Origin: Nanobdellota archaeon | GTDB taxonomy: Archaea > Nanobdellota > Nanobdellia > Woesearchaeales > GCA-2686295 | Direction: 5' to 3' | NCBI GenBank assembly: GCA_018817005.1 | Contig: JAHIUF010000015.1 | Span: 1-63,312, forward strand | DNA length: 63,312 nucleotides | In this document: piece by piece, positions 1 to 9,557 of the stretch | Layout: every line of letters begins with the position of its first letter | How positions within the stretch are numbered: position 1 is the first letter of the stretch | Notes under the pieces: model-generated | Told to the model about the DNA's origin: nothing | Seen by the model: only the letters and a program-made list of their open reading frames with translations | The model's database searches: none | Position numbers and translations under genes: made by a program

Positions 1-20
1 AAAAAGTAAAAATAGAATAA
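1..20 (+). CDS. rpl35ae: Extreme 3' end of probable ribosomal protein L35Ae gene (runs in from left edge)
   Basis: Frame 3 reads KVKIE* (stop 18-20). The duplicated copy at 107-163 reads LFETGMPGQAVGKKVKIE*, resembling the L35Ae C-terminus. Confidence 0.55.
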
Positions 21-187
21 AAACAACAAATTCTAAAAATTATTCGTGCTATTTGATAAATATCAACATAGCACTTAAAGGTTTTGCTCAAGGTTTTCTA
101 AAAACATTGTTCGAAACCGGAATGCCAGGACAAGCAGTTGGCAAAAAAGTAAAAATAGAATAAAAACAACAAATTCTAAAAATTATT
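1..187 (+). repeat. Direct repeat of at least 44 bp (1-44 = 144-187), period 143 bp
   Basis: AAAAAGTAAAAATAGAATAAAAACAACAAATTCTAAAAATTATT occurs identically twice; the first copy is cut by the window edge. Confidence 0.9.
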
Positions 188-237
188 AACTTGTTTTAGA
201 AATATTTTAATATCAAGCTTGAAAACTATTTATAATC

Positions 238-879
238 ATGAGTAAAAAAGAATATTCATTAGATACTGTTAACAAAGTATATTCTTACTGGGGTCGTTCA
301 AGACTATTGTATCGTCTTGAAGTGTCCTTCTTCGGATACTTTTTTTTTTTAAGAAAAAAAGCAATAAATCATTTAAGCTTAAATAAAGGCTTCAAAGTAT
401 TAGACATTGGTTGTGGTCCTGGACTAACTTTCAAGCGCATAGAAAAAGAAATTGGCTCTAAAGGTGAACTAATCGGCGTGGACTATGTTAATGAAATGAT
501 TAAACAGTGTAAAAAAATTGTTCGTCGATATAAATGGTCCAATGTAACCTTGATACAAGAGGATGCTTCGAAGTTAAGTTTAAAAAAAAATTCTTTAGAC
601 GCAATAATTGCAATCACATCACTTAGTGCTATGCCAAAGCCATTAGAAGCTTTAAATAATTGTTACAATTCTTTAAAAAAAAACGGTTTAATGGTTATTC
701 TTGATTGTAAGAAATTAAGCAAGCATAAATGGTTAAATCCTCTGCTTAAATTAGTAAGATGGTCTAAAAGTTATAATGAAAATTCTGACTTGTTAAAAAT
801 AATCAATGAAGTTTTCAAAAATGTTAAGATTGAAGAATATCTTTTAGGAAGCACATTCATTGCTATCTGTCGAAAATAG
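238..879 (+). CDS. Class I SAM-dependent methyltransferase (UbiE/MenG-like)
   Basis: VLDIGCGPG motif I, GVD motif II, DASKL, LKKNG post-II motif. Confidence 0.85.
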   Translation: MSKKEYSLDTVNKVYSYWGRSRLLYRLEVSFFGYFFFLRKKAINHLSLNKGFKVLDIGCGPGLTFKRIEKEIGSKGELIGVDYVNEMIKQCKKIVRRYKWSNVTLIQEDASKLSLKKNSLDAIIAITSLSAMPKPLEALNNCYNSLKKNGLMVILDCKKLSKHKWLNPLLKLVRWSKSYNENSDLLKIINEVFKNVKIEEYLLGSTFIAICRK

Positions 880-925
880 AAATATTTAAATAGTTATAAT
901 AAGGATGTATTATAGGTGATATTTA

Positions 926-1054
926 ATGAATAATAAAAAAGGATGGCTACAGCATCCAATAGGTGCAGGAATTATTTTTTTCATTGTTGGCATGATACTT
1001 ATGTATTTAATGTGTAAGGGCATAATACCATTAGGTGGAATCAAAATTTGTTAA
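926..1054 (+). CDS. 42-aa single-TM peptide with class III signal-like N-terminus (not in ORF track)
   Basis: MNNKKGWLQHPIGAGIIFFIVGMILMYLMCKGIIPLGGIKIC*; AGGTGA RBS at 914-919 and TTTAAATA box upstream. Confidence 0.6.
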   Translation: MNNKKGWLQHPIGAGIIFFIVGMILMYLMCKGIIPLGGIKIC

Positions 1055-1152
1055 AAGAAAAAAATAATCATTTTTTCTTAAATTTTTAATTAATCAATAA
1101 CTTATTATTCTACAACATTATTGACGCTATTCAAATAAACAAAAAAAATTAT

Positions 1153-1312
1153 TCAGTAACCCATAAATGCACCAACTATCAAAAATAATCCTCCTGCGGC
1201 AAACAAGAAATTTATGATTATCTCTGCAAACAAAGGCTATAACACCAACGCTATTAAGCATTGGAATCAAACCAAAAGCAATAGCTAAAAGATCAACAAA
1301 TAACAATATTTT
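1153..1312 (-). pseudogene. Possible frameshifted remnant of a small membrane protein gene
   Basis: Two hydrophobic segments in different frames: KILLFVDLLAIAFGLIPMLNSVGVIAF and LFAEIIINFLFAAGGLFLIVGAFMGY*; no start found. Confidence 0.3.
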
Positions 1313-1415
1313 CTAAACAAACCCTGCAAATTCAAAATATACAAAACTTTCTTTTGTTTGACAACTTTGAAAAGAAGAAAAAGATTTAAATAAGCAGAAG
1401 AATGATAAGACTAAT

Positions 1416-1979
1416 ATGAATTGGTGGGATCAAACAAAAGAAGTTCTGAAATTTAAAGTTAAACCAAGCACAGAAGCAGAGGAAGAACTAGCTTTGAAAA
1501 GAAGTTATGATGAGTACAAAGACCTTGAATCCGCCATAAAAGAGTGTAATAATCTCAGAATGTGGGGATTTATACAAGATGCAAAAACAGTTCTTAAAAA
1601 AGAAGATCAAACTATTAAAAAAAATAGTCATGCTGAAGAAAAAATCAAAAAAAAGCTTGAGAGAATAAAACTTCTTTTAGAAAAAGCAAAATCTTTTGAA
1701 AGATTTATCTTTCGGCTTGAAGAAAATATTCTCGAAAAGTTGAAAAAAGAATCGTCTAAAGAAAAATTATTTGTAGCTGAACAACTAGTTGAAAAAGCAA
1801 AAACAATAAGCGAGTTTTTGGATGGGTCGATAGAATTTATCGATTGTTTTAAAGAAAATACAAAAGAAAATGTGAGTCAAAAAAGTGATTTGTTAAAGAA
1901 AAAACTTGAAAGGATTAAACGCGAAATAGCAGGTTTTATAAAATTAGAAAAAAAAGAGCTTAAAATGCTTCATGAATAA
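1416..1979 (+). CDS. Hypothetical coiled-coil protein
   Basis: K/E-rich helical ORF preceded by a BRE/TATA-like AAAAGATTTAAATA. Confidence 0.7.
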   Translation: MNWWDQTKEVLKFKVKPSTEAEEELALKRSYDEYKDLESAIKECNNLRMWGFIQDAKTVLKKEDQTIKKNSHAEEKIKKKLERIKLLLEKAKSFERFIFRLEENILEKLKKESSKEKLFVAEQLVEKAKTISEFLDGSIEFIDCFKENTKENVSQKSDLLKKKLERIKREIAGFIKLEKKELKMLHE

Positions 1980-2031
1980 ATATCATGATTTCTTTTAGAA
2001 AGATTTAAATAATATAATCATAAAATAACAT

Positions 2032-3300
2032 GTGTCAGAAATGAATAATAAAATATTATCAAAAATATCAATCCTTTATATTGCAATAGTAAGCATTATA
2101 CCATTTGTTAGTGCTGCAAATTCAGCCTTTAATTCTGTTACTAGAATTTTGAATGATTTCGCAAATTTTTTAGTTGTTAATGATTCTTGGGCAACAGCTG
2201 CAGCAATGTACCCTTCAAAACCATGGCTACCAATATTTTTACTGTTCTTCCTTGTAATGGGAATAATTCATGCAGCAGTAACATTCACACCACATCTTAG
2301 TAACCTGTTTAAAACTAAAGGATTAAAACTTGCAGTATCACTACCACTATCACTTTTTGCAATACAATCAGCACTCGCAATAAGCCTTGTTGGAGGATTA
2401 GGACCTACAGTTATGGCAGTAATATTCATAATAGTAATTGTAATGCTAATGCTAATAATTTTTCATTCTTTTAGCGCAGGACATAGCAGTGCTGCAGAGC
2501 AAGCATATAAAGCTAAAGAAACAAAACTAATCGCTGAAAAATCTTTGAACACAACACAAGATGATGTTAAAAAAGCAAAGAATCTAATTAGAAAAGAAAA
2601 CAAGGCAATCAAAGACTTTGACAAATTAGATAAAACCCTACAATCACACGTTAATGAAGAACTCAAAAGCAAACTTGCAAAGATCCTAAAAATACTAAAA
2701 GTAGTACAACAAATAGGTGTAAGAGACTCTGATACAAAGGACAAATATGTCCAGAGAGCCTTAAACATCTTAAAAACACTGCTTCCGACAATAAAAGATG
2801 ATTTTAAAACACTAAACGAAATGAAAAAAATCATCCACAAAGTAAAAAAAATTGACTTGTCAGCATGGGAACACATGATTAAAGATAAGAGCCTTGAAAC
2901 ACATTTAAAACATCTTTCTGAAAGCAGGAAAGGCAGTACTCTTTCAACAACACAAGAAGCAAGTCTAAAGGCAATCACCGGAAGGCTTGAAAGTATGTAC
3001 GAACACAAAAAAGAATTAGAAACGAAGATTACATCAGTTGGAAACAAAGTCCAAAACCACCTACAAGAATTCAATACATTAATCAACGAAACAATAAGCA
3101 GCTTAGAGCACGATAACATAAATGGAGCTCTTGGAAAAGTGCAAGAAGGATTAAATATTGAAAACAAGCAGACATTGGAATTATCCGAGCTTCACAAACT
3201 AAGTGAAGAGATAAAACATCTTGATATGAGCGAATTAAGAATGCTTAGCGACGAAAATCGAATCATCGAAAGAATACTATCAGAACCATCATTCTCGTAG
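2032..3300 (+). CDS. Membrane-anchored long coiled-coil protein, paralog 1 (start may be 2041)
   Basis: Signal-like N-terminus ending VSAA, about 3 TM helices, then ~270 aa coiled coil; shares TKGLKLAVSLPLS, SFSAGHS and QEGLNIENK with the next ORF. Confidence 0.8.
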   Translation: MSEMNNKILSKISILYIAIVSIIPFVSAANSAFNSVTRILNDFANFLVVNDSWATAAAMYPSKPWLPIFLLFFLVMGIIHAAVTFTPHLSNLFKTKGLKLAVSLPLSLFAIQSALAISLVGGLGPTVMAVIFIIVIVMLMLIIFHSFSAGHSSAAEQAYKAKETKLIAEKSLNTTQDDVKKAKNLIRKENKAIKDFDKLDKTLQSHVNEELKSKLAKILKILKVVQQIGVRDSDTKDKYVQRALNILKTLLPTIKDDFKTLNEMKKIIHKVKKIDLSAWEHMIKDKSLETHLKHLSESRKGSTLSTTQEASLKAITGRLESMYEHKKELETKITSVGNKVQNHLQEFNTLINETISSLEHDNINGALGKVQEGLNIENKQTLELSELHKLSEEIKHLDMSELRMLSDENRIIERILSEPSFS

Positions 3301-3356
3301 AAAAATTTAAATAGTAGAATAACAAGAAATACAACTATAAAATAGTCAATACGCTC

Positions 3357-4619
3357 ATGAGGTGTTTTATAATGAATAAAAAACTAAGTTTAGTACTAAT
3401 ATTAATTCTGGTCGGAATAGGCATTGTTCCAGTTGTAAGCGCTGCAACAAATGCATGGTATACTATCGGAAACGTAATGGATGATGTTGTTAACTTTATT
3501 GTCACCGAAGATGTTTATGAAACAGCAAAATTAACTTACTCTGAAAAAGCATGGATTCCAATAACAATTTTGTTTTTCTTATGTATGGGTATAATTCACG
3601 CAACACTATCATTTACACCAAGACTAAAAGACCTTTTCGCAACCAAAGGATTAAAGCTTGCAGTATCACTACCACTATCATTCTTTGCAATACAATCAAG
3701 TATGGCAGTCGGAATTATCGGTGGTGTTGGACCAACATTTATAGGAATAATATTAGTTATAGTCTTCATACTCTTATTCAGCACAATATTAAAGTCATTT
3801 AGTGCCGGACACTCAGAAGCATCAACTATGGCATTTGGTGCTCAAAAAGAGAAATTGAAAGCACAAAGAGAGCTAACAGAAATAAAACAAGATGATAATA
3901 TCTCTGAAAAACTACTAGATAAAGAAAACAGTGCAATAAAAGGGTTGGACAAGCTAGAGAAAGCATTGGAAATTAATGTCACAAGAGACTTAAGAACAAA
4001 ACTAGTAGATGTTTTATCCTTTTTACAGCAAGTAGAAAAAATGGGGCCTAGAGATTCAGATCAATTAAAAAACTACAGTCAAAGAGGACTGAATGTTCTG
4101 AAATCAATTCTTCCAACTGTAAAAAATGATTGTAGAGTTGTCAGAGAACTCAATGATCTTACTGATAGTATTAAAAGAATTGATCTTTCTGTTTGGAAAG
4201 AAGAAAAAAGTGTAACTAATTTAGAAAATAGACTTAAGAGTTTAATAAGAGCACGAACTAGTGCAGCAGCTGTAACTCCTCAACAGACTGCCGCCGCACA
4301 AGCAATGACTAAAAGGATAATGAGCATTAGTAAGACCAAAGAGCATTTAGAAGAAGAATTACTAAAAATTGAATCTATTGTTAAAAGACAACTTTCAAGC
4401 TTTAACAGACTTATTGAAGATGCAGTTAATTCTCTTGAACATGGAAATATTAATGATGCAATAGCTAAAATCCAAGAAGGTCTCAACATTGAAAATAAAG
4501 AAACAAACGAATTACAAGCTATGAGAAAACTAATTAGTGAAGTTAATAATTTGAATCGTTTCGAGATATTGAACTTACGAAGTGAACACATGGTTGTTGA
4601 TAGAATGTTAAATCCATAA
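3357..4619 (+). CDS. Membrane-anchored long coiled-coil protein, paralog 2 (start probably 3372)
   Basis: Colinear similarity to 2032..3300; GAGGTG RBS before MNKK. Confidence 0.8.
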   Translation: MRCFIMNKKLSLVLILILVGIGIVPVVSAATNAWYTIGNVMDDVVNFIVTEDVYETAKLTYSEKAWIPITILFFLCMGIIHATLSFTPRLKDLFATKGLKLAVSLPLSFFAIQSSMAVGIIGGVGPTFIGIILVIVFILLFSTILKSFSAGHSEASTMAFGAQKEKLKAQRELTEIKQDDNISEKLLDKENSAIKGLDKLEKALEINVTRDLRTKLVDVLSFLQQVEKMGPRDSDQLKNYSQRGLNVLKSILPTVKNDCRVVRELNDLTDSIKRIDLSVWKEEKSVTNLENRLKSLIRARTSAAAVTPQQTAAAQAMTKRIMSISKTKEHLEEELLKIESIVKRQLSSFNRLIEDAVNSLEHGNINDAIAKIQEGLNIENKETNELQAMRKLISEVNNLNRFEILNLRSEHMVVDRMLNP

Positions 4620-4641
4620 ATAAAAGTTAAAAAAAATATTT

Positions 4642-5718
4642 TTATTTTTTTCTTCCTGCATTAATGAATACTTGATAGTTTGTTTTATTACTTCTATAAG
4701 CACTCATGTTTGAGAAAAATTCTAAAGGATTATCTGTCAAGTAATCATAAAAATTTGAGTCAAACAAGAAAAAGTTTGAGTCTCTTATCTTGTTTTTTAC
4801 TTTAACCATCCCTTTGTAAACTGCTTTTAATGCGTCTGCACTGCATTCTACCATCTTGTTTAGTTTCTCTGTATTTGCAGCTTCAAGCTCTCGTGCGTTT
4901 TGTTCTTTTATACTTTCAATTGTTTCTTGGCTTATTGTTTTTTCCAGTCCTTTGTATGTGTATTTGATGTCTTCTTCTGATTTTTTATCTGGCAAGTCTA
5001 TGTTTTCAACAAGTTTTTTGTTTGCATCCTTGTCTCCTTGCTGGTTTTCATATTGAGTTATGAGCTTTGCAAGCTTTTGTCTTTTAAAGTAGCCTATTAC
5101 TTCATTGACAGGTTCCATCAACAATTCGTAAGAATTAGCTGTTTTTGTTGATGGTTTTACTGTTTTTGCTTCTGCTTTTCTGTAGGCTTTTGTTTCTTTT
5201 ACTTGTGCATATACTTCTTCTGCTGAGAGTTTTCTTATTTGTCCCATAACTTCATACACTATGACTTCTTTTCCAGATGGATATTTTTCTTTTGCAATAA
5301 CTGCAATGTCACTTGTGCCATCATATTTTTTGTCGAGCAGTTTTATTGCTTCTTCAAGAATTTCTGGTTTTTTGACTTTTTTGATTTTAGAAACATATTT
5401 TCCTTTTTGTACTTCATCAACAATTGTTTTGAATTCCTGAAGATTTGAGTCTAAGGTTTTATAATTTACCTGTATTTTTCCTTGTTCTTCCTTTACTTCA
5501 TCAACATTTTTTGTTAATCCATCAACGTTCTTGGTCAGTCCATCGATTGTTTGGTTTGTATTATTGAATTTTAAGTTAAAATCTTCTTGTACTTTTTCTA
5601 AATCTGCTGCTTGAGAAGTATATTTTGATCTGATTTCATCAATTGCTTGTGTAAATCTTTTGTTCGAAATTGGTATATATTGTTTAATCCAGTTTGTGAC
5701 TTTTTGTATGGTATTCAT
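4642..5718 (-). CDS. Hypothetical coiled-coil protein
   Basis: 358-aa ORF with GAGGTG RBS and a heptad tandem repeat DGLTKNV x2. Confidence 0.75.
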   Translation of the reverse strand: MNTIQKVTNWIKQYIPISNKRFTQAIDEIRSKYTSQAADLEKVQEDFNLKFNNTNQTIDGLTKNVDGLTKNVDEVKEEQGKIQVNYKTLDSNLQEFKTIVDEVQKGKYVSKIKKVKKPEILEEAIKLLDKKYDGTSDIAVIAKEKYPSGKEVIVYEVMGQIRKLSAEEVYAQVKETKAYRKAEAKTVKPSTKTANSYELLMEPVNEVIGYFKRQKLAKLITQYENQQGDKDANKKLVENIDLPDKKSEEDIKYTYKGLEKTISQETIESIKEQNARELEAANTEKLNKMVECSADALKAVYKGMVKVKNKIRDSNFFLFDSNFYDYLTDNPLEFFSNMSAYRSNKTNYQVFINAGRKK

Positions 5719-5803
5719 AGTAAAACACCTCTTTTGTTACTGTATAGTGATTAAAGTTTATAAAGTTTTCGGTTTTATGATAAAAAATCTCCGAAAAAAA
5801 CCC

Positions 5804-6601
5804 TCAAGACCTAAATCGCCCCTCATATTTTTTCTTTCGCTTCTCATCCTTCTTATCACGAGAAAAAACCAAATAATAATCTCTACGGCTCTCAAAATAA
5901 TATGAAAAGTTAAAAAAAACATCAAAAGAAGAAAACATGCAATTATAAAAATAAGGATCAAAAAGAAAGAAAGAGGACTCTTGAAACTTATCAGAAACGC
6001 CTTTGAAAAGGCCTCCAACAGAATCCAAGAACAATCGCGTATCAGACTTGTCCGCAAAAGAGTCATAAACAAGTCTCTGAGGCTTATTAATTTGAAAGTA
6101 TGTTTTCTTCAAATCACAGTTATTAAACCTGTAAACAAGACTAGAAATAGCCTGAGGAGATGCATTAATAGAGTAATCCTTCTTTCTTGTCAAATAAAAC
6201 GATTTAAAAGTGTGAGACAACAATTTTTTCTTATTCAAAAGCTCCAAACTATTAGAATAAGCAGATGCAATTTTCATAGTCTTTAAAAGAGCATAAGAAG
6301 TTTCTTTAGCCTGCTTCAGATTAACCGAAACAATGTGTTTATTCTTATCAAAAGCCACTTGCTCCAACATAGAATCATAATTAGATAAATTATCTTTAAA
6401 AATAAAAGAAAACTGTTTCTCATCAAATTTTACATAAGGCTTTTCCATAACATAAAGCAATCTTGCAAGCCTCTGACCTGAAAGATTCAAAACACTCTGA
6501 TCTTTAGACAAAGTATGGAATAAAGCAGTCAAACCCCTTTCTATGCCAAAAACCAAATCATCCAAAGATTGTTGTTCTACCTTTCTAAAAATAAATATCA
6601 C
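5804..6601 (-). CDS. Hypothetical protein
   Basis: 265-aa ORF, longest in the region; no recognised motif. Confidence 0.55.
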   Translation of the reverse strand: MIFIFRKVEQQSLDDLVFGIERGLTALFHTLSKDQSVLNLSGQRLARLLYVMEKPYVKFDEKQFSFIFKDNLSNYDSMLEQVAFDKNKHIVSVNLKQAKETSYALLKTMKIASAYSNSLELLNKKKLLSHTFKSFYLTRKKDYSINASPQAISSLVYRFNNCDLKKTYFQINKPQRLVYDSFADKSDTRLFLDSVGGLFKGVSDKFQESSFFLFDPYFYNCMFSSFDVFFNFSYYFESRRDYYLVFSRDKKDEKRKKKYEGRFRS

Positions 6602-6661
6602 CCATTAAAACAACGGAAATAGAAAAGTATTTATAAATATTAATCTAAATGATAAAAGTAA

Positions 6662-8098
6662 ATGATTAATCCCAACATAAGAAACAAAATAGTACATATT
6701 CTTGAACCAGAGTTTAACAAACAAACACAAAGAGGATTAAATAAATTTGCAGATGAGACAAATCAAAAATTTGAAAGAATAAAAAATCATTGGAGAAGAC
6801 CAATAACAAAAGCCTTATTATTCGCATTTGCTTTCAGTATCGGCAGTTCATCAGTATATGGAATGTCAAAAGAAACCAGAAACAATTGCAACGAACTGGT
6901 TAACGTCGCACACAAAATACAAAACGAATCAAATGTTTTTTTTGATTTACAAAGAAATTTACAAACAAATCCAACAACACAAAACAGCTTAAAACTTCAA
7001 GAATGCAAAAATAGATTAGCTGAATATTTAAAAGAGGCAAATCAACTAAAAAATGATATTTTTGATTCAATAAGAGCTGATGCTGTAGAACACATATTAA
7101 CAAACAATTTCTCACAAATAAAAGAAGATGCTGCACTTGTTAACTTGTATGCAAAACAAGATGGAGATGAAAAAATAATTGAAGAAGCAAGAAAATTAGA
7201 AACAGAACTGAAAGAATCAATAGAACAAGGAATCATCGTCAATAAAATTATAGAAGAAGCTAAACAACATGCTAAATTTGGTCGCGCCAAAGAAGCAAGG
7301 ATTGAAATGCAAAAAGCATTTAATATTCTTAAAAAACACGAATTTTTATTTAAAAAAGTTATCCATGGGTATTCAGAGGTATATTATATTCTTCTTGAAG
7401 ACGTTGATACCGCAGCAAGATTCGGTCGTTATGATGAAGCAAAAGCTGACGCAGAAGAATACTTAAAAGCCATAAAATCAATGGGTGTTCCAAAGGAAGC
7501 GAAAGAAGAACTTGAACAAATTTTAAAACAAGGACTTTCAATTATCGTCCAACACATACTTAATGATGCAGAGAGTAATGCAATCACACACAATAAGTTT
7601 GATGAAGCATATGTCTTGATTCTCAAAGCAAAAAGAGATTTCGAAGATATAAAGGCTGATTCCATAATTAGTATAACTGAAAAAAAAGTAGCCGAAAGCA
7701 TGTGTAAAGAAGCCATGAATAAGAGTAAGATTCATAAAAAATTTGAGGAGGGACTAAAACTTATTCAAACCGCAAAGGAAAGATATCCTGATCAAAAAGA
7801 AGTTATTCAGCATTACAGTTATAAATTTGGAATAGTTATTCTTTCAGAAGTAAAGGACCTTACAATAAAAAAGCATTTTAATCAAGCATTAGATATGCTT
7901 GAATATTATGAGAAACATCATTTCAAAGGTCCTATGAAAAGCATGAGAAAAACCATGGCCAATTACATTATGGAACTTGCTAAGATGTCTAGTAGTCCAA
8001 GGGAAGCTCAAAATCTTATTAAAATTGCCAAGGACATCGAGGAGGGACGATCTTTAGGTAATAATCTGTGGAACTGGTTAAAAGTTAATTTCTCATAA
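6662..8098 (+). CDS. Alpha-helical repeat (TPR-like) protein with one N-proximal TM segment
   Basis: TM ALLFAFAFSIGSSSVYG; repeated units AKFGRAKEA / ARFGRYDEA / NKFDEA / KKFEEG. Confidence 0.7.
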   Translation: MINPNIRNKIVHILEPEFNKQTQRGLNKFADETNQKFERIKNHWRRPITKALLFAFAFSIGSSSVYGMSKETRNNCNELVNVAHKIQNESNVFFDLQRNLQTNPTTQNSLKLQECKNRLAEYLKEANQLKNDIFDSIRADAVEHILTNNFSQIKEDAALVNLYAKQDGDEKIIEEARKLETELKESIEQGIIVNKIIEEAKQHAKFGRAKEARIEMQKAFNILKKHEFLFKKVIHGYSEVYYILLEDVDTAARFGRYDEAKADAEEYLKAIKSMGVPKEAKEELEQILKQGLSIIVQHILNDAESNAITHNKFDEAYVLILKAKRDFEDIKADSIISITEKKVAESMCKEAMNKSKIHKKFEEGLKLIQTAKERYPDQKEVIQHYSYKFGIVILSEVKDLTIKKHFNQALDMLEYYEKHHFKGPMKSMRKTMANYIMELAKMSSSPREAQNLIKIAKDIEEGRSLGNNLWNWLKVNFS

Positions 8099-8160
8099 AA
8101 AACCACTTCTGAATAATTCAATTTTTGCTTAAAAGTTTTAGATATTAAAAAAACAAATTT

Positions 8161-8222
8161 ATTGTTTAACCAATATATTGCTAAACCAATTAATTGTATA
8201 AACAACATATAGTTTATACAAT
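8161..8222. repeat. Tandem array of 4 palindromic units ATWG-N6-CAAY, 16-bp period
   Basis: Units at 8161 ATTGtttaacCAAT, 8177 ATTGctaaacCAAT, 8193 ATTGtataaaCAAC, 8209 ATAGtttataCAAT; overlaps a perfect 15-8-15 inverted repeat at 8189-8226. Confidence 0.8.
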
Positions 8223-8290
8223 TAATAAAACAAAAAAAGTGGTTTTAAAAGATTTAATTTTTGATTAAAATTTTTAAAAAAAATAAAAAC

Positions 8291-9097
8291 CTACAATTGA
8301 TCCAAAGGACTCTTTACTTTGCGTTTTTCAGCATTAGAAACATGGGTATAAATCTGTGTTGTCTGAAGATTAGCGTGACCTAAAAGATCCTGAATAACCC
8401 TGATATCAGTGCCATTTTCAAGAAGATGAGTTGCAAAACTATGTCTTAAAGTATGAGGTGTAACCACCTTTGAAATACCCGCACGCTTCGCCGCAAGAGA
8501 CACAATTTTTTGCACATTTCTCGTCGATAAATTGCCATTTCTACCATTAAATAATAAATCCTCTGAACGATTTTTTAAATATTTATAAATGTCTTTTACA
8601 ACCAAATCAGACAAAATAACTAATCTATCTTTAGCACCTTTTCCACCACGAACCCATGCACTTTTTGACTCCAACTCAAGATCAGAAACCCTAAGACCTA
8701 CCAGCTCTGAAACACGCATTCCTGATGAATAAAGAAGCTTAATTATAAGCACAGTTTTTTTTGAACCAGCACCACATATTAGCCTCTTTATTTCCTCTCT
8801 TGTAAGTACAACCGGTAATTTCTGAGCGATTTTTGGAGTTTTAATATTAACAATATTCATCTTTAGAATCTCATCATAATAAAACTTTAAAGCAGATTTC
8901 ACTAATGCAAGTGTTGCGTTAGAAACTTTCTTCTCAGATAAAAGATAAGATAAAAAAGACTTGATGTCATCCTCAGAAACTAAGTCTGCAGGTTTAGAAC
9001 AAAAGTTTATGAACTGCTTATTATAATAAAGATAAGATTCAACAGTTCTTGGGCTAAAACCTCTTAGTTTTAACTCAACATCAAGCTTTTTAAGCAT
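8291..9097 (-). CDS. xerA: Tyrosine recombinase XerA (XerC/D family)
   Basis: All catalytic motifs present: LYSSGMRVSEL (R), GKGAKDR (K), HTLRHSFATHLL (HxxR), LLGH and QIYTHV (Y); N-terminal SAM-like domain; adjacent dif site. Confidence 0.9.
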   Translation of the reverse strand: MLKKLDVELKLRGFSPRTVESYLYYNKQFINFCSKPADLVSEDDIKSFLSYLLSEKKVSNATLALVKSALKFYYDEILKMNIVNIKTPKIAQKLPVVLTREEIKRLICGAGSKKTVLIIKLLYSSGMRVSELVGLRVSDLELESKSAWVRGGKGAKDRLVILSDLVVKDIYKYLKNRSEDLLFNGRNGNLSTRNVQKIVSLAAKRAGISKVVTPHTLRHSFATHLLENGTDIRVIQDLLGHANLQTTQIYTHVSNAEKRKVKSPLDQL

Positions 9098-9107
9098 CTT
9101 ACCTCAC

Positions 9108-9356
9108 TTACTCTAAAAAATGATGCGAAAAGAAATGATGCCTTGCAATTTTATATGCTTGAAGCAACAACAACAAACCTGCAATTGCTAAAAGCGCATT
9201 TGCAATTATGTTTGGAACTGTTATTTCATAAGAAAGCATTCCAAACTCATTTAATAGGTTTGATCCGCCAAGTACAAGACAGACAAGTCCTACTAAAACT
9301 TCTTTTCCTACTGTTGAGCCACCTGATTTACGGGCTTTACTTTTCTTTTCAGACAT
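9108..9356 (-). CDS. Small two-TM membrane protein upstream of xerA
   Basis: MSEKK start after AGGTGA RBS; two hydrophobic helices; stop 10 bp before the xerA start. Confidence 0.7.
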   Translation of the reverse strand: MSEKKSKARKSGGSTVGKEVLVGLVCLVLGGSNLLNEFGMLSYEITVPNIIANALLAIAGLLLLLQAYKIARHHFFSHHFLE

Positions 9357-9391
9357 TTTATCACCTTTTTGCATTTATTTTAACCGTGAAA

Positions 9392-9419
9392 AGTTCGTAT
9401 AATATACATTATACGAACT
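9392..9419. other. dif: dif-type Xer recombination site
   Basis: AGTTCGTATAA-TATACA-TTATACGAACT is a perfect 11-6-11 inverted repeat. On the minus strand the spacer TGTATA is the same as in E. coli dif. About 300 bp from xerA. Confidence 0.88.
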
Positions 9420-9557
9420 TCACCTATTTAAAACTTTTGTTTATCGACGAGAAAACACTTAGAAGAGGTTATTTCAATAAAAAAGACGGGGTTTTAAAGA
9501 AAGAAAGAGGATATTTGAGAAAAAAATATCTTTAAATGAAAAATAATATTACCATCA

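Noticed and set aside
2463-3167. 234-aa minus-strand ORF and the many similar antisense ORFs in the track
   Set aside because: Shadows of longer, motif-bearing genes; F/S/L-rich composition typical of antisense frames.
8189-8226. 15-8-15 inverted repeat as a second dif/lox site
   Set aside because: Arms do not match the dif arms; better explained as two adjacent units of the 16-bp array.
8291-9097. Integron integrase
   Set aside because: Only 268 aa with no IntI-type insertion before HxxR, and no attC series seen; the adjacent dif fits XerA.
9389-9422. Engineered loxP or vector contamination
   Set aside because: Seven differences from loxP, including a compensatory arm change; native context beside xerA; no vector sequence.
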